Source: Lama guanicoe
Taxonomy: Eukaryota
Assembly: GCA_013239625.1 (NCBI GenBank)
Contig: MU053472.1
Coordinates: 3,197,822 to 3,261,821, forward strand
Length of the DNA stretch: 64,000 nucleotides
Direction of reading: 5' to 3'
Numbering within the stretch: the stretch's first letter is position 1; each line of letters opens with the position of its first letter. The position numbers and the translations under genes are program-made. The notes below the pieces were generated by a model that worked only from the letters and a program-made list of their open reading frames with translations, was not told the origin of the DNA and did not search any database. Shown in pieces: positions 1 through 12,135 of the stretch.

Positions 1-682
1 TCCTCACTTACTCTTATGAATAGGGGTATGACCTCAGTCTGGCCAATCAAATAGTCTGTCTCTGTCCACAGTGAGTATTTCAAGATGGACACATGACCCA
101 AACTGTGCCAATCATCATCTTTCTCTGGAACTTTTCCTTTCCCTGGGGTGTCAGCACAAGCAGGATGTGAATTTATAGTTGTCAGTGATCATGTTCCTGT
201 CACATGGACAAACTCTGTCTACAGTAAAAGAGAATAAGACCCCAGAGAAGCAGAACTATGTATGGAATAAAGCAGAGTCCTTTTATTGTACACATGGATC
301 CAATAATGTTTGATATTAGATCCACCACATCCTAGAGAGTTAATGATAAAATAAATGTCTTTTTTTCCCCCTTAAGCTAACGTAAACTGGTTTCTGTTAC
401 TTATAACCTAAAAAGTTTGAACATGATGTTCTAGTTCTGCACAGTCCAATATGGTAGCCACTGGCTGCAAAGGGCTATTGAAATTAAAATGAAATAAAAT
501 AAAAAATTCAGATAAATAACAAGGTCCTAATGTATTGCACAGGAAACAACATTCAATATCTTGTAATAACCTATTATGAAAAAGAATATATATATATATA
601 TATATGACTGAATCACTATGCTGTATACCAGAAACTAACACAATGTTGTAAATCAACTACAATTAAAAAAAAAAATTCTACA

Positions 683-833
683 GGGGAGGGTATAGCTCAA
701 GTGGTAGAGTGCATGCAAAGCATGCACAAGGTCCTGGGTTCAATTCCCAGTACCTCCTCTACACATAAACAAACAAACAAACAAACAAACAAACCTAATC
801 ACCACCCCCCCCATAAAACAAAAACAAATTCTA
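683..833 (+). mobile_element. tRNA-derived SINE (Vic-1-like)
   Basis: GGGGAGGGTATAGCTCAAGTGGTAGAG (A box) ... GGGTTCAATTCCC (B box), (AAAC)n and cctaatcacc tail. Confidence 0.88.
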
Positions 834-2709
834 GATAATAAATTCAGTTACTCAGGTGCACTAGCCACATTTCAAGAGCCCAATTGTCACATGTGGCTAT
901 TGGCGGTTGTATCAGACAGTGCAAAGTAGAATATTTCTATCATTACAAAAAGCTCTATTCAGACAATGGTATTCTAATTAAATAAAAATTGTTAGATTAT
1001 TAAGTGTGGAAAAATTAATTTTGCAGTCAAAAACCCTGGGCAATACCTATTCACACCCAAGTAAGATGTAGGCAAGGATCAATTTGGAAAAAGGTCAAAG
1101 AGACAAAAGTAACTTTGGAGCAGCAAAATGGCACATCACAAAATAAGAATAAGATTGCATCAAATAGTAGGGGAATCAAGGAAATAAAAGTGCTAAGGAA
1201 AAAAAAATGTGTGTTAAGGGGATGTGAATATATTTCAATTAGAGGACTCAGCGAGCATAGAATGTAGAAAAAGAGTTGAAGAAAGAAGTTTGTCTCCAGT
1301 ATTGTTTCAGGCAGAGAATAACCAGCTGGGAGACTCTACCAAAAGGGAAAGAGGATGATAATAGCAAACAAGAATGCCAGGCATGGAGCATGCCATAGGA
1401 TGTGTTGGATGATGGAACAAGTGAAATGGCTCTAGAGCAGGCTGGGACTTGAAAACTGATCATTGTAGTCAACTCTAGATCATCTAAATTATGTATTTTC
1501 CATGAAAAAAAAAAAGCTGCTTTCAAGTAAGCAGGATAGTTACTAACAAACACTTCAGTTAACACATTTTTATGTTCCTTCTTTACATTTACTTTTTAAC
1601 ACAGCCTGTGGCACATCAGAGCACCTTTTAAAAGGAAACAGTTCTTCTCCAGTAAAGTTCTGAACCACAAAGAAAGAAAGAGGCCTGAAATTTGTATTCC
1701 TCTGACAGCTGATAGTCTTCCTCTTTCTTTCTCCAGTATTTACATAAAAGAAAGCAAGAGTTCCGAGCAGGGGAATAGGGTAGAGAAAAAACTGAACAAC
1801 TTTCTGCATAATCTGAGTCAAGTTTTTACAGTGTTATTTATATTTAGTCTGTTTCAAATGCAGCAAGCTTCATATTTGAGGCATAGTCTTTAAGTTAATC
1901 ATGCTCTGTGTTGAATACAAATCAATGAAAAGTTACTTATTGTTAGTTACTAAACTTGAGAGTACATGGCGCTGCTACTGCTATGGGATTTGAAGAGATT
2001 TTTCAGATGGAGAAGCAGTATGGAGCGGCTGAGTACTGGCCTGGTAAGGAGAAGGTCTAGTTCCAAATCCCAGCTCTGTTTACTTGTTGTATGACCTTAA
2101 GCTAATTTGCAATCTTTAGGACCCAGTTTCCCTTCTATTACAGGAGGAGACAGGATTAGATGGTCTCAACCGTTTCTTCACATTCAAAAGATTCATGACT
2201 TTATGAGGGAAGCATAAAACCAGAAAAAAAATTAAAATGTATTTTTTTCTCAAAGTATCTTCCAATCTTTGTGAGGCTTTGGCTTTGCTCTACTAAGGGA
2301 AAAACAGGAAAAACTTCACTTATGATATTTTCTCAACCTTCACAAGTCCAGTCCATAGTTGGCACCAATATTGAATAGCTTTGCAAATATAATCCTACTA
2401 ATTATAAGAATGAAAACAGTGTTTCCTCAAATCAGCAAAAGCTTAATGATACTTACTTGGAAGGCAAAGTCAAACAAACATCAGATAGAAACATCCCACA
2501 GAGATAGCTAATTTTTATTTGGTTGTCTAAAATTTCCCAATCAAGGAGAAATTATACTGGCCAATTTTAAATTTAGTTCACAGAGCAGTTAAAGTTCTTT
2601 TTGAAAGTTAGTACAATAGAATAGATTCTTTACATTTAACCAATGCTTCAACTATACAAGTCATACCAAAGACCATAACATGAGTATCTTACAGTTTTAC
2701 TGAGTTACA

Positions 2710-2787
2710 ATTTTTTAAATTGAAGTACAGTCAGTTACAATGTGTCAATATCTGGTGTATAGCACAAAGTCCCAGTTATGTATATAC
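2710..2787 (-). mobile_element. tiny L1 3'-end insertion
   Basis: TSD ACTGAGTTACA at 2699-2709 and 2788-2798 around a reverse-complement L1 tail. Confidence 0.75.
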
Positions 2788-3352
2788 ACTGAGTTACATC
2801 TGAATCATTCAATACATGAAGCTGAGCTGTGATGGTGAGGGAGCTCAGCACCTGTATCTTGAGGTGGTGTATTTCGTATCCTAACATGCTCCATTCTAAC
2901 ATAACTAACACACTCGGTCAATGGACATGTTTCTTTGTGAGAAATGTTTCCTCAAAAGAAAAAAAAAACTTCTATGCAAGTGATTAAAAAAATGAAGATG
3001 ATTAAGAAATGGATAGTTTATTTGAATAGTAGAATTCTCTTTAGTAATTAAAAATATGGAGGAGCTAAATGACACTGAATTTAAAAATTATAGAATCAGT
3101 AAGGATCTGAAAGGTGTCCCTTGAATTTCTTTCCACTTATTCTTTTTATTTACGATGAATGATCTACCAAAAGTTGTAGTAATATTCTAGAACTTGAAGC
3201 TTTAGAAGTGCATAGTATCTCTAATAATATCTGGGTTTCCTATAATTAATATTCATGCTTAAATTAACTGTATGTTAATTTACATAGAATAAGCCAGTTA
3301 ATTCTTTGGGCCTCACCATCTCAGAGTCAGACGACCATCAAGATTTCAGATT

Positions 3353-3468
3353 CGATATATATAACTGAATCACTTTGCTGTACACCAGACACTAACACAA
3401 CATACTGTAAATCAACTATATTTCAATAGAAGAAAGAAAGAAAGAAAAAAAGAGAGAAAGAAAGAAAA
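3353..3468 (+). mobile_element. tiny L1 3'-end insertion
   Basis: ataactgaatcactttgctgtacacc... plus A-rich tail; TSD ATTTCAGATT at 3343-3352 and 3469-3478. Confidence 0.78.
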
Positions 3469-3616
3469 ATTTCAGATTTGTAGGCCTGAGAAAACAAGCT
3501 TTGAGGGCAATAAGCTGGAACTTATTATCACAAGAGAATATGTATGTATATCTAATTTTCAACATTAATGAATATACTTTAATGTAAATGTTTAAGCTGC
3601 AGACATAAATGATTAC

Positions 3617-3662
3617 CTTTTTGAAATGAGACGTCCAGTTTGCCAAGGTAAGGTGGGAGTTC
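3617..3662 (-). CDS. GDPD1: GDPD1 coding exon 4 (gene continues beyond the left edge)
   Basis: ttttaaag|GAACTCCCA...CAAAAAG|gtaatc; 46 nt; ELPPYLGKLDVSFQK. No further exon recognised in 1-3600. Confidence 0.92.
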
Positions 3663-4143
3663 CTTTAAAAGATATGGTTGAAAAAAGTTAGCTCTCAAAA
3701 AAAAAAAAGTATTCTAGTGTCCTACATTAAGATTTGCTTCTTTGAAAAATAAAAGAATGAAATGCTATAAATGTTTACATAGGGCACTCTAGCAGAACAT
3801 CTCCAATTCCAAATTAGCCATATAATTACTTACTTTCATGTCCTACAAGAAAATAAATCTGTGCTATTTAATATGAACCATCTGTCAATAATAAATACAC
3901 AAAGATTTCAGTAGACAAATGTCAAGAATACACAGTCCAAAGGAAAAAAAATGAAAAAGAAGACTAACAATCATAAAGAAAAATCTTTAAACTCACTAAT
4001 AAGCAAATGCTGATTAAAATTTAATCTAGCAGATTAGGAACTCTTAGGTATAATTATAATGACCAATATGAGTATGGCAAAATGGGAATTCTTCTAGTAT
4101 TAGATATTAGAAGTCCTCTAAATACTTTGAACAAGGAAGCTAG

Positions 4144-4332
4144 GCCCTTTTTCGCTCTCTCCCCTTTGGAGACGGCCCGCACTCTGCCTATGGAGTGTGT
4201 ACCTACTTTTACTTTAAACTGAGCAACCAATTCCCATACCTCTTTCCTTGCCTTTCTCTTGCCTCACACTCTATGCAGTAAGTATCTCTCTAAATAGATC
4301 TACCTTTACTCAAAAAGAAAAGAAAAGAAAAA
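4144..4332 (+). mobile_element. short processed copy of the same LTR family (R region + A tail)
   Basis: Aligns by eye to the reverse complement of 19263-19400; A-rich tail from 4312; flanks AAGGAAGCTAG (4133-4143) and AAGCAAGCTAG (4333-4343). Confidence 0.72.
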
Positions 4333-6045
4333 AAGCAAGCTAGTGATAGCAGCTTTCAATATAAATTAGGAAAGTATAATATTCCTAACTGCAGATGTTC
4401 AGGATGGTGTGGACGCCCGCTCTGCTCCCCAGGCACACTCACAAGTGGGGCCAAGTCAGAAGATACACACAACACTTAAGCACCACTAATCCTAGCTGGT
4501 GTCTCTCCCTCTGGGGAAATGGGAGCACTCCAGAGACCTGGCTCAACTTTATACCATCCCCATGGGACCGACTTACATCCCAACCCACGTCACAGTGGTG
4601 CCCAGTGAGCTGTCCCTAATCTTTCATCAGCTGAGATTCTAGTCATTTATTGTGCATCTATGACATACTAGGTACGTTGGAGGTACCAAGAAATAAGGAT
4701 GATTCAATCTACAAACTCTCCACTACAAGGCAGGAGATATCAAAAAAAAAAAATATATATATATATTCCTAATCATTTGTCCAATAATTTCCCTGTTGTC
4801 AGTTAATTTAGGCAAATAATTTTAAATATAGAGAAAATTTTATCTTTACAAAGCTTTATCTTCATGCCTATAGATGTTCAATGCAGTGTTATGTATAATT
4901 GTGAAAACTTAGAACTAATTCAAATACCCAACAATAGAGAAATGGTTAAAAATAACTATATATCCACTCAGTGGAATAACTGAAGTCATTTGAAATGTTT
5001 ATGAAAAATCAGCATAGACTCTGAAAAGGCTAAATACTGTATGGTTCCAATTATACGACATTTTGGAAAAGGTAAAACTATGGTGAAAGTACAAAGACTA
5101 GTGATTGTCAGGAGTTGGGGGGGCAGGAAAGATGAAGAGGCAGAGAACAGAGGATTTTTAGGGCAGTGAAACTATGCTGTAGGACCTATTAGTGGATACA
5201 TCTCATTATCATGTATGTCATGTCAAAACCCATAGACTGTACAACACTGAGAATAAATCCTGATGTGAGCTATGACCTTTGGGTGATGAGGATGTATCAG
5301 TGTAAGTGCATCAGCTGTAACAAATGTACCACTCAGGTGCAGGATGTTGATAGTGAGGGGAGCCTGTACCTATGTAGGGTCAGAAAGTATGTGGGAAACC
5401 CCTACACTTTCTGATCAATTTTTATGTGAACCTGTAGCTGCTCTAAAAAGCAAGTCTATTTAAAAAAGAAAAGGAAAAAATATGCACCATACCGTAATGT
5501 TAAAGTGCTTAAAAACGCAATATAAACAATATACAGTAAGAATACAATTATGTAAAAAAAAAAATTCAGAGTATACTTATAGATAGTATCCTGTTAACAT
5601 AAGTTTTCTTTAGGTTATAGAATCAGGTATTATTTTTCCTTCCATTTATCAGTATTTACTATAATGAGCATGTAAACTACTAAAATCAGATTTTTAAAGG
5701 GTCCTTACCTATACTTGAAGACTAAAACTAATTCACATATCCATTCTAAATCGAATAAATTATAGAACACTTCAAAGAAGTCGAACTTCAGGAGCTTTAC
5801 CTCTGAGGACTTTGGTAATTTTGTTTAAATATTTATCAAAATAAGTCACCACAAATGTATGTAATGAATACAAATCATCACTGGAAGTCAGAAGAGTTTT
5901 TAAAATTTCCTTTGACAGTCATTATTTAATCATTATCATTTATTTTTTGTTATTTCTTGAAGTACTACCTGATATTCACTGTTTTAAAAAATCTTACTGG
6001 CCCTAATGTCTACTGGTTGTTAGCCTGTCATGTGTTTTCACTTAC

Positions 6046-6181
6046 ACAGTACTTGAGATCAGAGATGTTTACATTGACCCCAGTTGATCTCTTTAGGTTC
6101 TCGTCGTGTGACACCACAACTTGCTCATCTTTCGTGATATGGCAGTCCAATTCCAGCATATCAGTTCCAATTGTAACTGCA
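6046..6181 (-). CDS. GDPD1: GDPD1 coding exon 3
   Basis: tttcttcag| ... |gtaagt; 136 nt; AVTIGTDMLELDCHITKDEQVVVSHDENLKRSTGVNVNISDLKYC with the ExD and HD catalytic motifs; phases 142+43+136=321. Confidence 0.96.
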
Positions 6182-6564
6182 CTGAAGAAATACAAACCAT
6201 AATGACATTCTGAAACTGAAGCAAACATTTAGGTTACATAGATATAGATGAAAAAGTTCAGAGTTACAAATCAAAATAGTAGAAAATTTCATAATACTAA
6301 AATTTCTCCTCAACACTATTACCTATTATGAATAACTGATAAGAAAATATTCTAAGTGAACTTAGAATAAGAGATTCATGTTAGCTCCTTTTCATGACTA
6401 GCAATTGTTAATTCTGGCAACCCCATATAAATGAAAGAACACTGGACCAGAAGTTGAGATTTGGGCACCAGTTCCTGCTTCGCCACGAACCTGTCATGTA
6501 ACTTTCTGTGAGTAAATGCCCTTCTCTGGGCCTACGTTTCCACATCTATAAAATAAAAAAGATT

Positions 6565-8200
6565 AAACAAGAAAAGGATGCCCACTTTTGCCACTTAAAT
6601 TCAGCATAGGATTAGAAGTTCTAGCAAGGCAAATAAGCAAGAAAAAAAAAAATCCAGACTGGAAAAGAAGTAAAATTATCTCTGTTCACAGATAACATGA
6701 TCTTATGTATAGAAATCATAAAAAAGATTCCGCAAACACTAAAACTGTCAAAAGTAGTAAACTCAGTGAAATCATACTATACAAAATAAACACACAAAAA
6801 TCAGTTTTATTTTGATCTACTAAGAATGAAAATCTAAAAAGAAAATCATAAAACAATTCCATTTACTGTAGCATCAAAAATAATAAAAACCAAGGAATTA
6901 ACTTAACCAAAGAGGTGAAAGATCTGTACAATGAAAACTATAAAATGTTGAAAGAAATTAAAGATATGAATGGAAAGACACTCCATGTTTATGAACTGGA
7001 ACACTTAATATTGTGAAGATGTAAATACTACATTGATCTACAGAGTCAATGCAACTCCTATCAAAATTCTAATGATGTTTTTTACAGAAATAGAAAATCC
7101 ATCCTAAAATTCAATGGAATCTCAAGGAACCTCAAATAGTCAAAATAGTCTTGAAAAAGAAGAACAAAGTTGGACGACTCACACTTTATAATTTCAAAAC
7201 CACTACAGGGAGGAGGGTATAGCTCAGTGGTAGAGTGCTTGCCTAGCAGGCATGAGGTCCTGGGTTCAGTCCCCAGTACTGCCATTAAAATAAATTAAAA
7301 AATAAACCTAATTACCTCCTCCCACCCCCAAAACAACAACAACAACAAAAACTTACTACAGTGCTTCAGTAATCAAAACAATGTGGTACTGGCATAAAGA
7401 CAGACATATGGACAAATAGAAGAAAAAGTCCAGAAATAAACCTTTGCATAGATGGCCAAGTGATTTTTGACAAGGATGCAAAGACTATTCAATAGGGAAA
7501 GGGCAGTCTTTTCAACAAATGGTGCTGGGAAAACTGGATATTCACATGTGAAATAATGAATTTGGATTCTTACTTAACATCATATCCAAAAATAAACTCA
7601 AAGTGGATCAAAGACCTAACTGTAAGACCTAACACGAAAAACTCTTAGATGAAAACATACAGAAAAGGTTTCATCACATTGGATTTGGCAATGATTTCTT
7701 GGATATGACACCAAAAGTGCAAGCAACAAAATTAAAAATAGATATAATAAATTGGACTTCATCAAAATTAAAACTTTTGTGCATCAAAGGACATTATCAA
7801 CAGAGTAGAAGGCAATCCACAGAATGGAAAAATGTATTTGCAAATCACCTGATAAAGAATTAATATCCACAATATATTGGATAAGAACTCCTAAAACTCA
7901 GTAAGAAACAATCAGATTCAAAAATGTATAGACATTTTGACAGAAAAATGTGCCAAGAAGCACATAAAAAGATGCTCAACATCACTAGTCATTAGGAAAA
8001 TGTAATAAAACCTACAATAAGATACTTTACTCCCATTAAGATGGCTATTATCAAAAAAAGAAGAAAAAGGAAAGAAGGAAGGAAGCAAGCAAGCAAAATT
8101 AGAAAAAGACATGTATTACTGGCCAGGATGTGAGGAAACTGAAGCCCTTGTACATTGCTGGTGGAAATGTAAAACAGTGCTGCCACGATGGAAAACAGCG
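6565..8200 (+). mobile_element. older degenerate LINE-1 ORF2 fragment interrupted by a SINE
   Basis: L1 ORF2-type sequence (e.g. ttcaacaaatggtgctgggaaaactgg) with many indels; boundaries approximate. Confidence 0.85.
7208..7350 (+). mobile_element. tRNA-derived SINE (Vic-1-like)
   Basis: Same head and cctaattacctcc tail; inserted into the L1 with ..actacag repeated on both sides. Confidence 0.88.
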
Positions 8201-9059
8201 ATGATAACACTAGTTCTCCACACCTCCTCCCCACCTTGCACCTTACACTCCAAGCAGCCCCATGATCTCATAATACCTCCTCTGCCTGAAATATCTTTCA
8301 CGGAAAAACAATACAGAATAAAATAACAGACACAAACTTGAACAGGCACTTCACAAATGAGAATTTCCAAGTGGCCAATGAGCGCAGGAAGAGCTGTTCA
8401 GCAACAAAATTCAACAGGAAAATGTAAATTAAACCCACGATGAGACAGCACTGCATACCCATCAGAATGGCTAAAATTAAAAGGACTGATAATAAATTAG
8501 CAAGAGAGTAGAGCACCTGGAACTCTCCTACACTGCTGGTGAGAACGTAAATGACACAATCTTTTGGAAAGTATAAATATGCACCCACCCTATGACCTAG
8601 CAATTTCACTTCAGCTAAGTATGTATCTGGCAGAGATAAATGCATTTGACCACATAAAAAACATGTACAAGATTATTTCATGCATCATGGACGAATCTTA
8701 CAGATATAAATTAAAAGAAAGTTCTTTCACATCTCCACAGCTAGATCCTAAGTTCCTGGTGAGGAGGGGCCTGTGGCTACTCCCTATACTCTAATGTTCA
8801 TGATGTTGGCCATATTGCAGGTATTCAACTCATTTCTAAATGAGCGGAATGAAGCCATACTTTGGTTACCAACGTCTATGAACATTTTAAATTTTAATTA
8901 ATTATCATCTAGCTAGCACTTGAATGTTCATCAGTGATAATCCATAGCCATAGTAAGTATTATACTTCAAAGAATAAAACATTCACATGGAATGGCACTG
9001 TTGAGCATATCTAAATGAAAAAAAAGTAGGGATTGTAAGACCCAGTGATGTAAAATAAA

Positions 9060-9118
<59 letters not shown>
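9060..9118. repeat. compound (GT)n(AT)n microsatellite
   Basis: Directly visible. Confidence 0.95.
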
Positions 9119-9121
<3 letters not shown>

Positions 9122-9498
9122 TTCATATAATAAGTATACATATAAAGACTAGAAAGATATATGCCAAATCACTAAAGTAGTTACCTCTTATAAATGGTAT
9201 TACTGGGAATGGAATTAAAGATTTGGGCAGGCCAATTTTTTTTTTTACTTTACATAGATTATTTGAATTATTTGAATTTTTAAGAATATAAACTTTCATA
9301 ATGAAAAAAATTATGTCCATTATGAACATATTTTATCTAGAAGACATTATGAACATCAATTTATCCACCATCAACAGAATGAACTACAGCAGGACTTTAA
9401 GAAAAACTGAACATCCTTTTAAATACATAAGCACTTATAGTTGAAGACTAAGTACTCATGTGATGGTTGCTCAGTGCTCTGTGAGAGGAAAGGGGAGG

Positions 9499-9927
9499 AT
9501 GTCACTGGAATCCTCTTCCTCTTCAATGCCGCCATCCTTCCCTTCTCTCTCACCCTCAGTACTAGGCAATATTTCTGACTCTTCCCCTCCCCCAATGTCT
9601 TACATCACTTTCCAGGAGATGAAGTGTAGTCTTCACTGGTTTGCCAGCTGGTCAGGTCCCCAGCATGAATGTCTCCTACAGGACCTGGTAGCCAAGGCAG
9701 TGCCAGGAAAATTACAGCCACTCCTGGAAGGTGTGGAGCAGCTGAGTGTGTCTGGAACAAACTAACCACCTTGTATCTTTGAGTGTCATATACATCTTTG
9801 GGATCAGTGGTTTTGAGGTTGGGCTGAGCAGCAACACAATGAATTTATCAAGCAGTTGGAGGTCAGTGAGTTAGACTTCGTGGCAAAGTTTTACCAAGTA
9901 GTGGCTGCTACAGCTGGTAAAGACTGA
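9499..9927 (+). pseudogene. C14orf119: C14orf119-like retrocopy, antisense within GDPD1 intron 2
   Basis: One frame reads MSLESSSSSMPPSFPSL...MSYITFQEMKCSLHWFASWSGPQ...LSVSGTN*PPCIFECHIHLWDQWF*GWAEQQHNEF...FVAKFYQVVAATAGKD*, recognisable as C14orf119; premature stops at 9763-9765 and 9814-9816. Confidence 0.88.
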
Positions 9928-10507
9928 TAGACATGAAAATCAAAGACGATAACTGCAGCTGATGGAGCCAAGGCCACAACTTTACTGTGAGAACTTCAAA
10001 TGTACCACTTAAAAGTCTGGGGATAGGATCCTGATCAGCTGTCTAAACTCACAGACCAGTACTGGCCTGGTGATTTCAATGGGAACAGCATAACAACTGG
10101 ACTCCTAGTGTAAATGTTTTCCATCTGAGCAAATCCAGACCAGCAGTTTGCTTCCTAGGTTACTTCTTTTCAAAAGATGTCAAACTTTCAAGAATTTAAA
10201 GGCTTCTCTTGCAACTATAACCAAAAGGAATCTACACATTATAACTCAAGCCTGCTGCTGGCCCATAGGCATGTGAAGTGGAGCCCTCCTACTCCAAAAA
10301 CAAGAGAGAAGGGCAAAAAAAGGTTATGTTTTTATCATTTAGCTGGATTCAGACGGCTGGTTTCACCACCTTTGCCAGATTCTGGCATAATTATGTGACA
10401 TCCCAACTACTAGCCTTCCTAGTGATGATTTAGTAACATTACGAAAAAAAATTAGGAGAGGGAGATAATTAGTTACTCATTCCTCCACGCTAGTAGTTAT
10501 TTCTCTA

Positions 10508-10750
10508 TTTATAGAGGAAGTACTGGGGACTGAACCCAGGACCTCATGCATGGACCTCGTGCATGCTAAGCATGTGCTCTACCACTTGAACTATACCCTC
10601 CCCCCTTAAATTTTGTTCTGTTTTACTTTTTTTGGGGGGGGCGGGGAGGAAGTAATTAGATTTAGTCATTTTTAATGGAGGTGCTGGGGACTGCAACCAG
10701 GACCTTGGGCATGCTATGCACGTACTCCACCACTGAACTATACCCTCCCA
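10508..10750 (-). mobile_element. two adjacent tRNA-derived SINEs
   Basis: Two reverse-complement heads ending ctataccctcccc at about 10605 and 10750; the first has a 13-bp internal duplication ggacctc(a/g)tgcat. Confidence 0.85.
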
Positions 10751-11989
10751 CAGGATTAGATGATTTTTAAAATCCTTGGCCATCCCCAGATTGAATGGTT
10801 CTAAAATTATGAAGCTGGCAAAATTTACCTTTGGAGCCAACCACTTCCCCATTTTTTCTTACTTGGTCTACTTCTGATGATCTCCCCCATCAGCACGTCA
10901 TTCCAAAAGACCCAACAGCCACCCGCTGACTTGTGCCAAAGTCTCCCCTACTTCTTAAACAATCTTTCCCTTTAGTGTCCTGATTACCACTGATTGTTAG
11001 AGGAGTTCAAACAAACCTGGCTCTTAATGAAATTCTCACTAAATGTAAATAACTTGTTAAATTTATGGGTCCCCTTCTAGAGAATATCCACCCTAAAAAG
11101 AGATTGTTTGCTAATTTTGTTTGCTAGAACCACAAGTGTGTAAAAATAAAATCCCAAAAAAGGCAAACAAAAGTAGTTTTTAGGTTGGTAGAATTATTTT
11201 TCTGTATTTAAAAATCTCCTTAAATATTGTTACAGTGTTTAGTTTTTTTAAAAAAAAAACAATAAAAAATATAGACACTGTAAACAACATATATATCCAG
11301 CAGTTTTAAAATAAAATTCTAAATTTTCAACTTTGTATAGATTTAAAAAATGATTGGCACTGCTGATTTTTGGTCACACACATATTTTATTTTCTTTTAC
11401 TTTTGTTTTTGTTTTGTATGAGTCTGTGAAGGGAGGATAAGAGCAGGGGTTATCTATATTTTCCTGTATTAAAAAAATTATACGTACTACCTAAGAAACT
11501 TCCAACTAAATATGAAGTTTTCATTAGCTGAAATGTTGGCTATGTTTAGAAATGTTTAGGAACTATATGAAAAATATTTTCCATTTATTGTATGCTTATC
11601 TTTTATTAACAAGCTAAGAAATAAATATTTAGAACAATAGTAAGTGCATCTAGAACAATCTGTAAACTATTCTAATAAAATTATCTCAAACTTGATATAC
11701 AAATAGCTAAAACATAGCAAGAAAACTTTTATCACTTTGGCCTCCAAAATTTTCCACAAATAACAATATGCTTCTACTTCATTTGAAAGACCAGATATTT
11801 TATAGCCAAATTTCTGATAAGCTGATGACAAACACAGAAAAAAGTTAGGGAAGTCAAGGCTTCAACATTTCCGGAAAAGGAAATAAAACTCTAGCTCTAC
11901 AAATGTGCCAATTATATAGGAAATAACAACTAATCCTCCTGTGCTGACCAGAAAGTAGAATTTGGGGTTTGGGGGCGTTGTTTTTTGGT

Positions 11990-12000
11990 TTTCTTTCTTC

Positions 12001-12063
<63 letters not shown>

Positions 12064-12082
12064 TTTTTTTTTCTTTCTTTTT

Positions 12083-12128
<46 letters not shown>

Positions 12129-12135
12129 TTTTTTT
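11990..12135. repeat. (TTTC)n microsatellite
   Basis: Directly visible; source of several spurious ORFs. Confidence 0.95.

Noticed and set aside
683..760. tRNA gene calls for the SINE heads (here and about 8 other sites)
   Set aside because: A and B boxes are present, but copies are diverged and carry a shared non-tRNA tail, A-runs and TSDs, so they are SINEs.
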